From a virus (taxonomy: Duplodnaviria; Caudoviricetes), in the IMG/VR virus record IMGVR_UViG_3300033153_006994, positions 1-52,467 of that record: 52,467 nucleotides of DNA, one strand, 5' to 3'. Under the pieces are notes generated by a model. That model was not told the DNA's origin. It ran no database searches and saw only the letters and a program-made list of their open reading frames with translations. Shown here in pieces: positions 38,206 through 47,888 of this stretch. Made by a program: the position numbers and the translations under genes. The stretch's first letter is position 1, and each line of letters opens with the position of its first letter.

Positions 38206-38787
38206 ATGCTACATCACCTCAGACGATACCGACCACCGAAACCTGTCAAGCCATGGATGGGACCGAAACCATCCCTCAAAATGACAATTACTCAACACTG
38301 CCGCGTCCATTACCAGGATTTGGAACGTTACATTGGCTTGGTCCTCAAGATCAAGAACTATGACATTAGGCAGGCAACGGGGGCGAAAGGAGCGATGACA
38401 CCAGAATTCACCGTTACAGGAGTTCTGCCCCCGGCGAGCAACATAGATCAGCAGGTGTTCAACATTCGATGTGGTTTCGGCACCCGCAAACTTGGATTGA
38501 TTCTGAATGTCCTCTGCATGGACGGCTTCATCAATCCAGGTATCTACGTGATCGACATGACGGAAAATAGAATGCCAATTGAGGAGTACAGGAAAGCTCT
38601 GAATGAGAATCATGATCTGCTTGATCCGAGATGCCTGAAAATCAAGGAAGCGAACAGAGGTAACAAGGATTTTATGAGGCAGGCTAGAATGTTGGACCAA
38701 CAGACCATGAAACTCAAGCAAGAGCAAGAACAAGAGGAAGAACAAGAGGAAGAGGAAGAACAAGAGGAAGAACAAGAGGAATTATGA
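38206..38787 (+). CDS. Hypothetical protein with E/Q-repeat tail
   Basis: GGAGG SD before ATG at 38206; CAAGAGGAAGAA repeats at the 3' end. Confidence 0.6.
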   Translation: MLHHLRRYRPPKPVKPWMGPKPSLKMTITQHCRVHYQDLERYIGLVLKIKNYDIRQATGAKGAMTPEFTVTGVLPPASNIDQQVFNIRCGFGTRKLGLILNVLCMDGFINPGIYVIDMTENRMPIEEYRKALNENHDLLDPRCLKIKEANRGNKDFMRQARMLDQQTMKLKQEQEQEEEQEEEEEQEEEQEEL

Positions 38788-39050
38788 TGTTCGTGATACC
38801 ACCCAAAGAGACCCATACTGATCTCAAAATCTTAGTGCAAGTCATCAACACACTTCCACCTGAGTTACAGGAAGGGTTGCAAGGACCACTAATCCAACTG
38901 AACAATATGCTCAATCGCAAGGTGAAAATTTTGAAATTGGTTCAAAGTACCCTCAGTCAGTTGCGTCTTGATATGAAATATCTTGTGTTCGACTTGGAAG
39001 CCACTCGTCGCGAGCGTGACGAGTACAAACTCAAATGGGAGAATCGATAA
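38784..39050 (+). CDS. Coiled-coil protein resembling a conserved Planctomycetota protein
   Basis: LRLDMKYLVFDLEATRRE motif recalled from planctomycete proteins; not verified by search. Confidence 0.6.
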   Translation: MMFVIPPKETHTDLKILVQVINTLPPELQEGLQGPLIQLNNMLNRKVKILKLVQSTLSQLRLDMKYLVFDLEATRRERDEYKLKWENR

Positions 39051-39229
39051 TGCCGATTCAAAGATGTACGAAAAATGGGAAACCCGGTTACAAGTATGGT
39101 GAAGATGGTGCGTGTTACACGTACACGGCTGGAAACAAAGCCAGTCGGGATGCCGCATACACCAAGGCTGCGAAACAAGCAGCAGCAATCAAGGCGAGTC
39201 AAGCACGGGGAGGTAAGCCAAGGCCATGA
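39050..39229 (+). CDS. Small basic phage protein
   Basis: MPIQRC...GYKYG...KQAAAIKAS; TAATG coupling. Confidence 0.65.
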   Translation: MPIQRCTKNGKPGYKYGEDGACYTYTAGNKASRDAAYTKAAKQAAAIKASQARGGKPRP

Positions 39230-39615
39230 CATCCGAAGATCGTGTGCTCAATCACTATGAGCATCCATACCATCGACACATTCCTACGAAGCCAAGAGAC
39301 TTCGCTTTCTACTTCACAGGGGATTTCGATAATGATACCTGTGGAGATCATGTCAGAGTTTGGGGTCGGTATGATGCCACTCCGGAGAAACGGATTGTCG
39401 GTCTCTGGTGGGAGGGCGAAGGATGTTGTTTCTCGCAGGCGATGGCTTCAATGCTTGCGGAGCACTGTGAAGCGAAGAGGCTGTATGAAGTGAAGGCGTT
39501 TACACAGGACGATATGCTTGCCCTGTTCGGAATTGATGTTGAGCCAGGGCGTATCGAATGCGTGATGGTCGCGCTCAACGCATTACACAAAGCACTGGAG
39601 AAACACGATGAGTAA
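39226..39615 (+). CDS. IscU/SufU (NifU_N)-like Fe-S scaffold protein
   Basis: HYEHP, N.TCGD, GEGCCFSQA.AS, RIEC: three conserved Cys. Confidence 0.85.
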   Translation: MTSEDRVLNHYEHPYHRHIPTKPRDFAFYFTGDFDNDTCGDHVRVWGRYDATPEKRIVGLWWEGEGCCFSQAMASMLAEHCEAKRLYEVKAFTQDDMLALFGIDVEPGRIECVMVALNALHKALEKHDE

Positions 39616-40342
39616 GTTTGACAAAGGCATAGCAGTGACAGCGTTTGTAGTTTTCCTTGTGATAGTGGTGTTTGCACTGCTTCAAATTCATTCTGATCCG
39701 GAAGTCGATTTAGGTCCACCACCTATCAATACACCTATTGAGCGCGTTTATACGCCCTCCGAAGCCACAATAGAAGTTTCAGCCTACTTTAGTGATCAGC
39801 GGGTATATGGGAAGGGAATTATTGTTCAACACAATGGTCAGATGTTCGTGCTGACTAGTTCGATGATCTTCAACAAGGATGTGGAGCGTATCGAAGTCGA
39901 GACATTGGAATGGATTCGTGAGACTGAAATCTTACATCAGAATAATGTTTGGGGGTTGGTCGCTCTGGAATGTCCTTTGTTAGCGTACACACCTTTCATC
40001 GAACTGAATGATGACCCTAATATCCCGCCGCTTATACCCGTGGGTATCAATGGATGGTCCGCCTCGACACTCGAATACATCAACGACGATTGGGTGCTTC
40101 TCGATGATCTCCCAGAAGAAGATTGCACTGGGTGCCCTGTTGTTCAAAATGGCTACGTCGTGGGTATTGTCGTTGGGATAAATCGAATCAATCGGGATCA
40201 AGCTATCATGGTTTCCAATAGGGCACTGAAAGAGTTCTGTGATCAGGTGACACTCGTTAATGATGTCCCAAATGTTTCGGATGCTCCACCTGTGTTTCAT
40301 CCGTCCGCCAATCCTAATATACTTTTTGGGAATGAACAATGA
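39608..40342 (+). CDS. Membrane-anchored degenerate trypsin-like protein
   Basis: N-terminal TM; G.GII..VLT and G.PVV...VVGIV fold motifs; catalytic His/Ser not conserved. Confidence 0.55.
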   Translation: MSKFDKGIAVTAFVVFLVIVVFALLQIHSDPEVDLGPPPINTPIERVYTPSEATIEVSAYFSDQRVYGKGIIVQHNGQMFVLTSSMIFNKDVERIEVETLEWIRETEILHQNNVWGLVALECPLLAYTPFIELNDDPNIPPLIPVGINGWSASTLEYINDDWVLLDDLPEEDCTGCPVVQNGYVVGIVVGINRINRDQAIMVSNRALKEFCDQVTLVNDVPNVSDAPPVFHPSANPNILFGNEQ

Positions 40343-40822
40343 AATTCGACTGGGTCATCGGTAACATTATCGGACTTGTACTCGGTGTCATTGTCGGCAT
40401 CGCTTTTATCCTTTATCTGTATAGTGTGTTCGTATTAGGAGCCCCTCATGGATTTTGATTGGATGTATTACCTAAGACTTTTGATAACTATCATCGGCAG
40501 TTTTGTAGCGGGTGGTATCAGTGGTTGGTTTCTCGTCAATCTCGTCAATTTCTTCTTCTGGTTGATGTCATGAAGCGTACGAGAAAGAGCCCTTCATTGC
40601 GAATGGTATTATCCAAGATGAAGACATTAAGCAACTCGTCAAATGAGCAGACAATTTGCACAAATCATGGGATTGAACGACCGAGATCATCCCCGAACCA
40701 ATCTATAGGAGAAGACGATGAGTTATAAGCCTGGTACAACAAATGGAATGTTCGTAGCGGTGGCGATCTTCTACATAGTCCTGTTCATTTCCATCATAAT
40801 CACCTACCTTTGGATTGTATGA
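40339..40822 (+). CDS. Run of overlapping micro-ORFs, three of them single-TM (40339-40458, 40448-40573, 40718-40822)
   Basis: Manual translation; 34-41 aa hydrophobic peptides with ATGA or short overlaps and SD sites. Confidence 0.6.
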
Positions 40823-41097
40823 TGAAATACTTCAAATTTGTTGGTGGACCATGGGATGGCAAATATCATAAAATAGATGGTCGTGATCATCTCAATGTTG
40901 CTTATCCGAGCCTTGTTGAACGTCAGCTTGCTGAGCCAGTTGAAGTCACCGAGATTGATCCCATGAAAATTTGTCAATACGTATTGAGGGAATTCTCAGT
41001 GAATGGAGATAACAAGATCAGTTTCTACGTGGACTCTCATTGGGGCGACATGTACACTTTCAGTCAACTTCTACACCATTATCAAGGAAGATCATGA
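40819..41097 (+). CDS. Hypothetical phage protein
   Basis: FVGGPWDG motif; ATGA coupling. Confidence 0.65.
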   Translation: MMKYFKFVGGPWDGKYHKIDGRDHLNVAYPSLVERQLAEPVEVTEIDPMKICQYVLREFSVNGDNKISFYVDSHWGDMYTFSQLLHHYQGRS

Positions 41098-41741
41098 AAA
41101 CCATCCCAATACCCGCACTGACAGATTCAGACCTGAAAAGGTTTTGGGATAAAGTCTGTAAAGGTGTACCCGATGAATGTTGAGAATGGTTGGGTGCCAC
41201 CTGTAAAATGGGCTATGGTCGATTTGTAATATCACGTGTTGCATATCAAGCAACACGAATCTCGTACACTCTTGCTAATGAAGACCCCCGGCGAATTGAA
41301 TATCAACCATACTTGTGACAATCCATCTTGTATGAATCCGGACCATCTTTGGACCGGAACTCAGAAAGAAGGTATGATTGATAAAGTCAATAAGGATCGG
41401 CAACACAAAGGAGAAGAGATAATTCAATCCATTCTTACTACAAAAGTTGTGAAAGATATTCTTTCCTCTAAGGAAACTTTGCAAGTCCTCACCGCCCGAT
41501 ATAGTGTTTGTACCGAAACTATCTCACGAATCAGGCGGGTATAACTTGGCAACATATCGAAGGGGTAAGAACAACTGAAAATGTCTAAAAGAACAGCCAG
41601 ACTGGGATACCCGGTGTCACACCTTGTCGAGGAAAGTATCAGGTGAATGTCACCTACAAAGGGAAAAGAAAGTATCTCGGACTATTTGATGATGTTGGTA
41701 ACGCAAAGCAAACTTTAGATAAATGGAAATTGACCCATTGA
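41094..41741 (+). pseudogene. HNH-AP2 endonuclease pseudogene
   Basis: Paralog of 45049..45690 with TGA at 41181, two frameshifts and a further TAA. Confidence 0.85.
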
Positions 41742-42595
41742 AAACTCACACCTTCTCAGTTGTTGTCGGCGACCAGCGTTGCAATGCTAAATGTCCGTTT
41801 TGTGTTGCCCAGCTAACCGCCTCGGATTTCTCTGATTATGTCGACTTCGATGAGAGCAAGTTCAATTGTGCCATCCGAATCGTCGAACAGATGCGTGAGG
41901 GACTTCTCACTGTCCTACTGACCGGACAGGGTGAGCCGTTGCTCTTCCCCAAACAGATCACGCGATACTTGGACGTGATCAATGGGCGATTTCCCCGAAT
42001 TGAATTGCAAACGAACGGCACATTAGTCACAAAAAATCTAACGAACCTGCGACGATGGCAGGATGATGGTCTCACATTGGTGTGCTTGTCGATTGCTTCA
42101 CATAGTGCTAAGCACAGTAACCAGGTCATGGGTATCAAAAGTATCAGTTATGATTACTGGCATACTGCATCCATGTTGAAGGACATTGGGTTGAACGTGC
42201 GACTGAATTGCACAATGACAACGGCAGGCACATACCTTCCTGCGGATTGTGAAAAGATCATCGATCGCGCCAACAATGCTGGCATCGATCAGGTTACATT
42301 CCGCGAAGTCGAGATGCCATCAGTATCATTGGACTCAAAGATCGCGGCGTGGGTTGCTGCCCACAAGCCCGAGGATGCCGCTAAGAAGCTGCACCACTAT
42401 CTAGCCCTGAATGGGGCGGTCGAGTTGTTACAACTTCCACACGGAGGTAGAGTTTACAACTACAAGGATCAGAACGTAGCCATAGGGACTTGCTTGACGG
42501 AAACGACCAACCCCGATGACATTCGACAGATCATTTTCTTCCCAGATTCGCGAATAGCATATAGCTGGCAATACCCTGCGGCGAGATTGCTATGA
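41723..42595 (+). CDS. Radical SAM enzyme
   Basis: CNAKCPFC (CxxxCxxC), TGQGEPLL, QTNG. Confidence 0.9.
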   Translation: MEIDPLKTHTFSVVVGDQRCNAKCPFCVAQLTASDFSDYVDFDESKFNCAIRIVEQMREGLLTVLLTGQGEPLLFPKQITRYLDVINGRFPRIELQTNGTLVTKNLTNLRRWQDDGLTLVCLSIASHSAKHSNQVMGIKSISYDYWHTASMLKDIGLNVRLNCTMTTAGTYLPADCEKIIDRANNAGIDQVTFREVEMPSVSLDSKIAAWVAAHKPEDAAKKLHHYLALNGAVELLQLPHGGRVYNYKDQNVAIGTCLTETTNPDDIRQIIFFPDSRIAYSWQYPAARLL

Positions 42596-42723
42596 GATGC
42601 CTAACAATACCAAAACTCGCTGAAGAACGACTCAAACGCTTCTGGGTAAAAGTCAATAAGAGTGAAGATTGCTGGGAATGGACTGCATGGACTGCACGCG
42701 ATCTTGAGAAAAAGAACTTTTGA
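42592..42723 (+). pseudogene. Truncated HNH endonuclease N terminus
   Basis: RFWVKVNKSEDCWEWT then stop. Confidence 0.7.
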
Positions 42724-42758
42724 CTCACATCTTGTTTGGAATCCGATAGGAGAGACTC

Positions 42759-43037
42759 ATGAGAAACACAATACCACCTGAGACCGAAGAACAACTGAAA
42801 GCATGGAACGCCGACCGGCTTGAAATGATAAAGGTACAGAAAGAGATTGATGAACTCAACACGAAACTTGTTGGTTTGCATGAACATATGGAGGGTGTTT
42901 CACGGAGGTTGGAAAATATCCTCATCGATCTTGAGCAGCCCCTCGGTTTGAAGATTGGCGAAGACTACGTCGTCATTATCCAAGACCCATGTTCTGATGT
43001 CTTCACTATTCAGACTGTCAACTTTGACCTTCGCTAG
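42759..43037 (+). CDS. Hypothetical coiled-coil protein
   Basis: AGGAG SD; 92 aa. Confidence 0.6.
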   Translation: MRNTIPPETEEQLKAWNADRLEMIKVQKEIDELNTKLVGLHEHMEGVSRRLENILIDLEQPLGLKIGEDYVVIIQDPCSDVFTIQTVNFDLR

Positions 43038-43051
43038 GAGATTGTCGACTC

Positions 43052-43702
43052 ATGAATTACACACCAAAGCAAATCGCTGACGTTTTGGACTACGCTGTAC
43101 TCGATCCCAAGGTAGGCAACAAAACCATTGTTGAATGCGCCGACGAATGTGCCAACATTGGTATCAAGTGCTTCTGCTGTTCCTCAGCGAACGTGAAGAT
43201 CGCTTCCTTCTATCACCCCAATGTGGCGTCTGTGATTGGCTTCCCGCATGGTAATGTTAGTCCGCGTGCCAAACTGGAAGAAGCAAAGTTTGCTATTGGT
43301 GATGGTGCCAAGGAACTGGATGTGGTTATCAACTATGGGTTGTTCAACACGGGCGAGACCGGCATCATTCGAGCAGAATTGGAAAGACTCTGCACTTTCG
43401 CACATCACCATGATGTCCTCGTGAAGGCAATCCTTGAGACTTGCACAATGGACCTTGTGAGAGTCGTCGCTGCGGTTCGAGAATGTATCAAATCGGAAGT
43501 CGATTATGTCAAGACTTCTACCGGTTTTGGAGATGGAGGAGCCACTAAATGGGCTGTCGAAGCAATGATTGATGAGACCAAAGGCACTGGCGTCAAAGTG
43601 AAGTCCAGTGGAAACATCAAGACCTATCAAGATGTTGTGAAGTATCTCGACATGGGGTGCCAGCGTCTTGGAGCAAGCCACTATAAGGAATTGTTGCCAT
43701 GA
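43052..43702 (+). CDS. deoC: Deoxyribose-phosphate aldolase
   Basis: VIGFPHG, GAKELDVVIN, KAILET, VKTSTGF (Schiff-base Lys), KSSG, RLGAS. Confidence 0.95.
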   Translation: MNYTPKQIADVLDYAVLDPKVGNKTIVECADECANIGIKCFCCSSANVKIASFYHPNVASVIGFPHGNVSPRAKLEEAKFAIGDGAKELDVVINYGLFNTGETGIIRAELERLCTFAHHHDVLVKAILETCTMDLVRVVAAVRECIKSEVDYVKTSTGFGDGGATKWAVEAMIDETKGTGVKVKSSGNIKTYQDVVKYLDMGCQRLGASHYKELLP

Positions 43703-44238
43703 ACAGACTGAAGCACACAAGAGCCTACCTTTGTGGGTCCATGGATCGTTCGCCTGATAATGGTGAAACTTGGCGACGGCAAATTCGCTATCATCTTGAC
43801 GATCTCGGTATTCTCTGGCTTGACCCAACACACAAACCGATCAACATTGGTATCGAAGATGAGGAAAGTCGCCGTTGTCGACGTGCGAACAAAGCCGCCG
43901 GTTGGTATGATCTTGTCACTGATGAGATGGTGCCGATACATGATGTCGATATCAGGATGGTCAATATCAGTGACTTCCTGATTGTCAACATCGATGTTGA
44001 AGTCCACGCTTGTGGAACCTACTTTGAGTTCAAGCAGGCGAACGATCAGAATAAACCGATCTTGGTCCACGTTGAGCAGGGGAAACATAAGGTTCCTGAT
44101 TGGTTGCTCGCGTGCATCCCACATGAGCACATCTTCAATACCTGGCTCGATTTGCAAAAGTACGTGCGACACATTGCCAATGACAAAGTGATAAATCATC
44201 TGGGACGTTGGATGTTTTTTGATTTTCACGGCGAATAA
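43699..44238 (+). CDS. Nucleoside 2-deoxyribosyltransferase / dNMP N-glycosidase-like protein
   Basis: YLCGSM, D...V..SD, GTYFE, KPI motifs; ATGA-coupled to deoC. Confidence 0.75.
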   Translation: MNRLKHTRAYLCGSMDRSPDNGETWRRQIRYHLDDLGILWLDPTHKPINIGIEDEESRRCRRANKAAGWYDLVTDEMVPIHDVDIRMVNISDFLIVNIDVEVHACGTYFEFKQANDQNKPILVHVEQGKHKVPDWLLACIPHEHIFNTWLDLQKYVRHIANDKVINHLGRWMFFDFHGE

Positions 44239-44274
44239 GGTACCGAAGGCTGCAACGATGGAGGTAACGCGCTC

Positions 44275-44502
44275 ATGCGACATGGTAGAAAGAAGCCCTA
44301 CACGGAAGTAGGCATCAAGAGGCTTCCATGCGTGAAGTGTGGTGAACCGGCGACACAGCAATGGTGTGCGTGCGCCGATGGTCTCTGGAGACCGATCTGC
44401 ACAAAGTGCGACATCGCCTTAAATGGAGTCGTGTTGATGTTCATAGGTGACCCCGATGTTGTTGCCAAGATGAAGCGATACCAGGAGAAGATGAATGCCT
44501 GA
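44275..44502 (+). CDS. Small zinc-finger protein
   Basis: CVKC and CTKC pairs; GGAGG SD. Confidence 0.6.
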   Translation: MRHGRKKPYTEVGIKRLPCVKCGEPATQQWCACADGLWRPICTKCDIALNGVVLMFIGDPDVVAKMKRYQEKMNA

Positions 44503-45052
44503 CATCTGGTTTACGGCGGATACCCATTTCGCACATCCGAACATCCTCAAGCACATGCCTCTCCGTGAATTTGAGGACATCGTTGACATGGAAGATTGCT
44601 TCATCAACACCATCAACGACTTGGTGAAGCCAAAAGATACGCTGGTTGTGGCTGGCGACTTCTGTTGGAAGGCGGGACAGGTCGGCCATTTCCGCCAGAG
44701 ACTGAACGTGCGTGAGATTCATGTAGCGATGGGCAACCATGATGCGGCTTCATTAAAGAATCATGTATCTATGTGTCGGGATATGCTGTTCGAGAAGTTC
44801 AATGGACGATGGTTCCATATAGTCCATTACCCCTTATTGTCGTGGCGAAAAATGAACCACATGGGGATATGTTGCTATGGGCATTCACATGGACTCGCTG
44901 AGGAAATGCTTGATGAACTCTGGCCATATCGCAACTCAATGGATATTGGTATCGATGCAGCTTTGCAACTGACTGGGCAGTTTCGCCCATTTCACATTGA
45001 TGAAGTGGTTGCCCGTTGCTCGAATGACTCAGAAAGAATCGACCACGCATGA
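44495..45052 (+). CDS. Calcineurin-like metallophosphoesterase
   Basis: DTHFAH, GD, GNHD, HYP, GHSH. Confidence 0.9.
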   Translation: MPDIWFTADTHFAHPNILKHMPLREFEDIVDMEDCFINTINDLVKPKDTLVVAGDFCWKAGQVGHFRQRLNVREIHVAMGNHDAASLKNHVSMCRDMLFEKFNGRWFHIVHYPLLSWRKMNHMGICCYGHSHGLAEEMLDELWPYRNSMDIGIDAALQLTGQFRPFHIDEVVARCSNDSERIDHA

Positions 45053-45690
45053 ACAAACCGATACCTCGACTGACCGACGCCGATGTTGCCCGGTTCTGGA
45101 ACAAGGTAGACAAGAGTAGTGACTGTTGGCTCTGGGTTGCCCACACAAACAACAGAGGGTACGGGCAATTTGGCATAGGTGATAGTCTCTACCTTGCGCA
45201 CCGGATATCATATACCATTGCAAGTGGTGACCCAGGTGGATTGAATGTGAACCATACCTGTGATACACCATCTTGTGTGAATCCGACGCATCTCTGGACT
45301 GGAACTCAGCAGGATGGCATGAATGATATGATCGCCAAGAGTCGACATTGCCATGGCAGTCAACATGATAAAGCAAAGTTGACCGAAAATCAAGTGGAAG
45401 AGATTCTTGCATCAGAAGAATTTCATCAAACTCTTGCTGATTGCTACGGAGTTGCTTTAGGAACCATCTCGAAGATCAAACGAGGTGAGAAATGGAGACA
45501 TGTCAAAGGGAAACGAAGTCTCGGTGCTAACACTAACAAAACAGGTACGAGGGGTGTTTCGTTAGACAAAGCATCAGGTAAATACCGCGCACGAATTGTA
45601 ATCAAAGGCAAACGCTGCCAACTCGGAATGTTTACCAGTATCGAAGACGCCATGAAAGCTGTGGCCAAACATCGGAAGAAGAACCCATGA
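45049..45690 (+). CDS. HNH homing endonuclease with AP2-like domain
   Basis: RFW.KV...CWLW, AHR, HTCDTPSCVNP.HL, TGTRGV...LGMF. Confidence 0.9.
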   Translation: MNKPIPRLTDADVARFWNKVDKSSDCWLWVAHTNNRGYGQFGIGDSLYLAHRISYTIASGDPGGLNVNHTCDTPSCVNPTHLWTGTQQDGMNDMIAKSRHCHGSQHDKAKLTENQVEEILASEEFHQTLADCYGVALGTISKIKRGEKWRHVKGKRSLGANTNKTGTRGVSLDKASGKYRARIVIKGKRCQLGMFTSIEDAMKAVAKHRKKNP

Positions 45691-46001
45691 AGACACGTTA
45701 CAAAATCGGCGAATTCAGTCACCCTATCACAGTGACGCCAGGCGACACACTCAAACTCACCCTTTCTGAACATGATGGGGCACTTGTACACAAGCAAACC
45801 GTCACTGAACCAATCACTGTCTCAATGACGATCACTCACTGGGTGATGTTCTACGTGGCTGGTGTTGGCTTCGGCGGGCTGTTTGGAGGAAGTGACATCG
45901 GCTCGAAGATGAGCGAGATTTTCGTTGAGCCCGAACGTATCAATGACGACGAAATTCTCATAGGAACCACTGATGGCAATTTACGAGATACCGACGCTTG
46001 A
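45687..46001 (+). CDS. Hypothetical protein
   Basis: ATGA-coupled ORF in operon. Confidence 0.6.
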   Translation: MKTRYKIGEFSHPITVTPGDTLKLTLSEHDGALVHKQTVTEPITVSMTITHWVMFYVAGVGFGGLFGGSDIGSKMSEIFVEPERINDDEILIGTTDGNLRDTDA

Positions 46002-46269
46002 GAAGGCAGTAGAGATCATGGAGCAAGCCTGCCTTACTCCATGTGCATTCGTTCCAATCGTCTTCGACTTGAATGAAGCCATTGACCCGAATGATGTACG
46101 GACGCGGATTAGTCAATGTCAGTCGTGCGACTTGACGATCCATCAGAATTTCGGTGAGTACGCCACTGAGTGTCCTCGTTGCGGCGAGGATCATCTACAG
46201 GTCCTGGTAGAAGCCATGTTGGTCATCCAGGGCTCAGTCGTCTTCTATGCTGCTTGGAGGGACTCATGA
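45973..46269 (+). CDS. Zinc-ribbon protein
   Basis: CQSC and CPRC pairs. Confidence 0.6.
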   Translation: MAIYEIPTLEKAVEIMEQACLTPCAFVPIVFDLNEAIDPNDVRTRISQCQSCDLTIHQNFGEYATECPRCGEDHLQVLVEAMLVIQGSVVFYAAWRDS

Positions 46270-46523
46270 AAATCTTGATATGGAAAAGCAAACACGGAGA
46301 CGTGTACGTGTACGCCCGCACTCCGGAGGAAGAGAAGCGGGCTTGGCTCTACCTCTTCAAGTGCATGGATGAGAACAGATACTACTGTGATCTCGACAGG
46401 GATAAAGCCGATGCCTACAAGGCTGCCAAGGAAGGCAACGCGAAAGCTGCCAAATGGCTTCTTGAGATGCGAAGCGGCGGCGAATACGAACAAGTCGAAA
46501 CGGAATACCCGGTGGAACCATGA
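46266..46523 (+). CDS. Hypothetical phage protein
   Basis: GGAGG SD; MKILIWKSKHGD start; ATGA coupling. Confidence 0.65.
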   Translation: MKILIWKSKHGDVYVYARTPEEEKRAWLYLFKCMDENRYYCDLDRDKADAYKAAKEGNAKAAKWLLEMRSGGEYEQVETEYPVEP

Positions 46524-46677
46524 GAGGAATCCTCGAAAAGCCAATCGTTTTGCATACAGCCGAAGGAATTGTGGTGTTCCCGGCTGGATGCCAGGTAGCC
46601 GTTGAGTCCAATGATGATTGGTATCACGATGTGCAGGATACCGACATCTGTGAAGCTGTCAATCTTCTGGAGGAGTC

Positions 46678-46965
46678 ATGAGTCAAGAGTACTCGAATGT
46701 TTGTCCTTTCTGGATAGACACCGATGGTTACACCGATCGTGATCGTTTGATGTTCGTCTGTGGAGTAGAATTTGAGATGCTATCTCGACTGCTGCCCAAC
46801 TGGTCAGGTTCGCGCCCGATTCATCGAGAAAACGAGAGTCGAATTCGTATGCTGTGTGGTCGTCTTGATATACAATGCACGATAGAACCCCACCAGAACT
46901 ATGATGGTTGCGAAACATGGTCGGAGTTGATCATCCAAGATGCTGTTGTTCGGGGAGAATCATGA
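46678..46965 (+). CDS. Hypothetical protein
   Basis: GGAGG SD; 95 aa. Confidence 0.6.
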   Translation: MSQEYSNVCPFWIDTDGYTDRDRLMFVCGVEFEMLSRLLPNWSGSRPIHRENESRIRMLCGRLDIQCTIEPHQNYDGCETWSELIIQDAVVRGES

Positions 46966-47888
46966 GTTGCAAAATCGATGCTCCCGATCTGGAGAAAATC
47001 TGGTCGAAGCTGCCCGACAATATGCCACGTCACGGATGGCGGATCGTCCGAAGGCAGAACTTTGAGAGCTTCATCCTACCTAATGGAAAGCATGATATCA
47101 CCAAGGGACGCCTGTGCCACATGTGTGGCATTCGTACAAGGTTCATATTTTGGATCGGTCACTATGACTGGCCAGTGGACATCGCCGTAGGAGAGACGTG
47201 TGCGTCCTACGCCGGGTGCATCGACACGGAAGACCTCAAACGAAAATGGAAGGATTCATATGAGATGTACCAGACGAAGGGCATCGAAGCCATTCGTACT
47301 CTCGAAGAGATAGCATTGATAGCTGCGCAGATTTTGGAACGGCTCATGAAGTTGGAGAGGGAAGCTGAAGAAGCCAAAATTCTCCAACAGGAGAATCGCG
47401 CCCGCGAATTGTCACGAAGGGTAGAACGTACTAAGCATTTACAGACGTTGATAGATTCCATTCGGGAAATTTACTTTAATCAGCAGGCTTTCAGACACAA
47501 CTTGATGCAAATCATCGATGATCTGGAAGCCAGTTGGATGGACGGGAGTGCTTGGCAGCACACTATGAGTGGCGTTTCCGTCAAGTGTAAGGTGCGAACA
47601 CTCTACTTCCCAGCGGATGTCACGCTCTTCTACCGTGAAGGGCTTTGGAATTATGTCCTGAACATGCCATTGGGGAAGACCCCGCTGTACGGCAAGAAGT
47701 ATTCCACGGCGATGGAAGCCAGGGACGCTTCGTATGACAGGCTCCGATCATCTTTCGTTTCACTTTGGAACACGAGAGACCACGAATTGATGCTCAACTG
47801 TGCAAACTATATTGTTGACAACGGAACAACTACAGAAGAGCGTATGTACATGATTGGCTGGCTCTACAACACCGGAGTCGATCTATAA
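46962..47888 (+). CDS. Hypothetical protein with N-terminal zinc-binding motif and coiled coil
   Basis: CHMC...H...VGETC; GGGGAG SD before ATG at 46962. Confidence 0.65.
   Translation: MSCKIDAPDLEKIWSKLPDNMPRHGWRIVRRQNFESFILPNGKHDITKGRLCHMCGIRTRFIFWIGHYDWPVDIAVGETCASYAGCIDTEDLKRKWKDSYEMYQTKGIEAIRTLEEIALIAAQILERLMKLEREAEEAKILQQENRARELSRRVERTKHLQTLIDSIREIYFNQQAFRHNLMQIIDDLEASWMDGSAWQHTMSGVSVKCKVRTLYFPADVTLFYREGLWNYVLNMPLGKTPLYGKKYSTAMEARDASYDRLRSSFVSLWNTRDHELMLNCANYIVDNGTTTEERMYMIGWLYNTGVDL

Noticed and set aside
38209-38920. Minus-strand Phe/Leu-rich and Ser/Cys-rich ORFs
   Set aside because: Antisense readings of the E/Q repeat tail of 38206..38787
33903-41183. Alternative genetic code: TGA at Trp positions (33903, 41181) and TAG at a Gln position (37079)
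   Set aside because: These occur only in HNH remnants that also carry indels or deletions; core genes end normally with TGA or TAG and many use ATGA coupling
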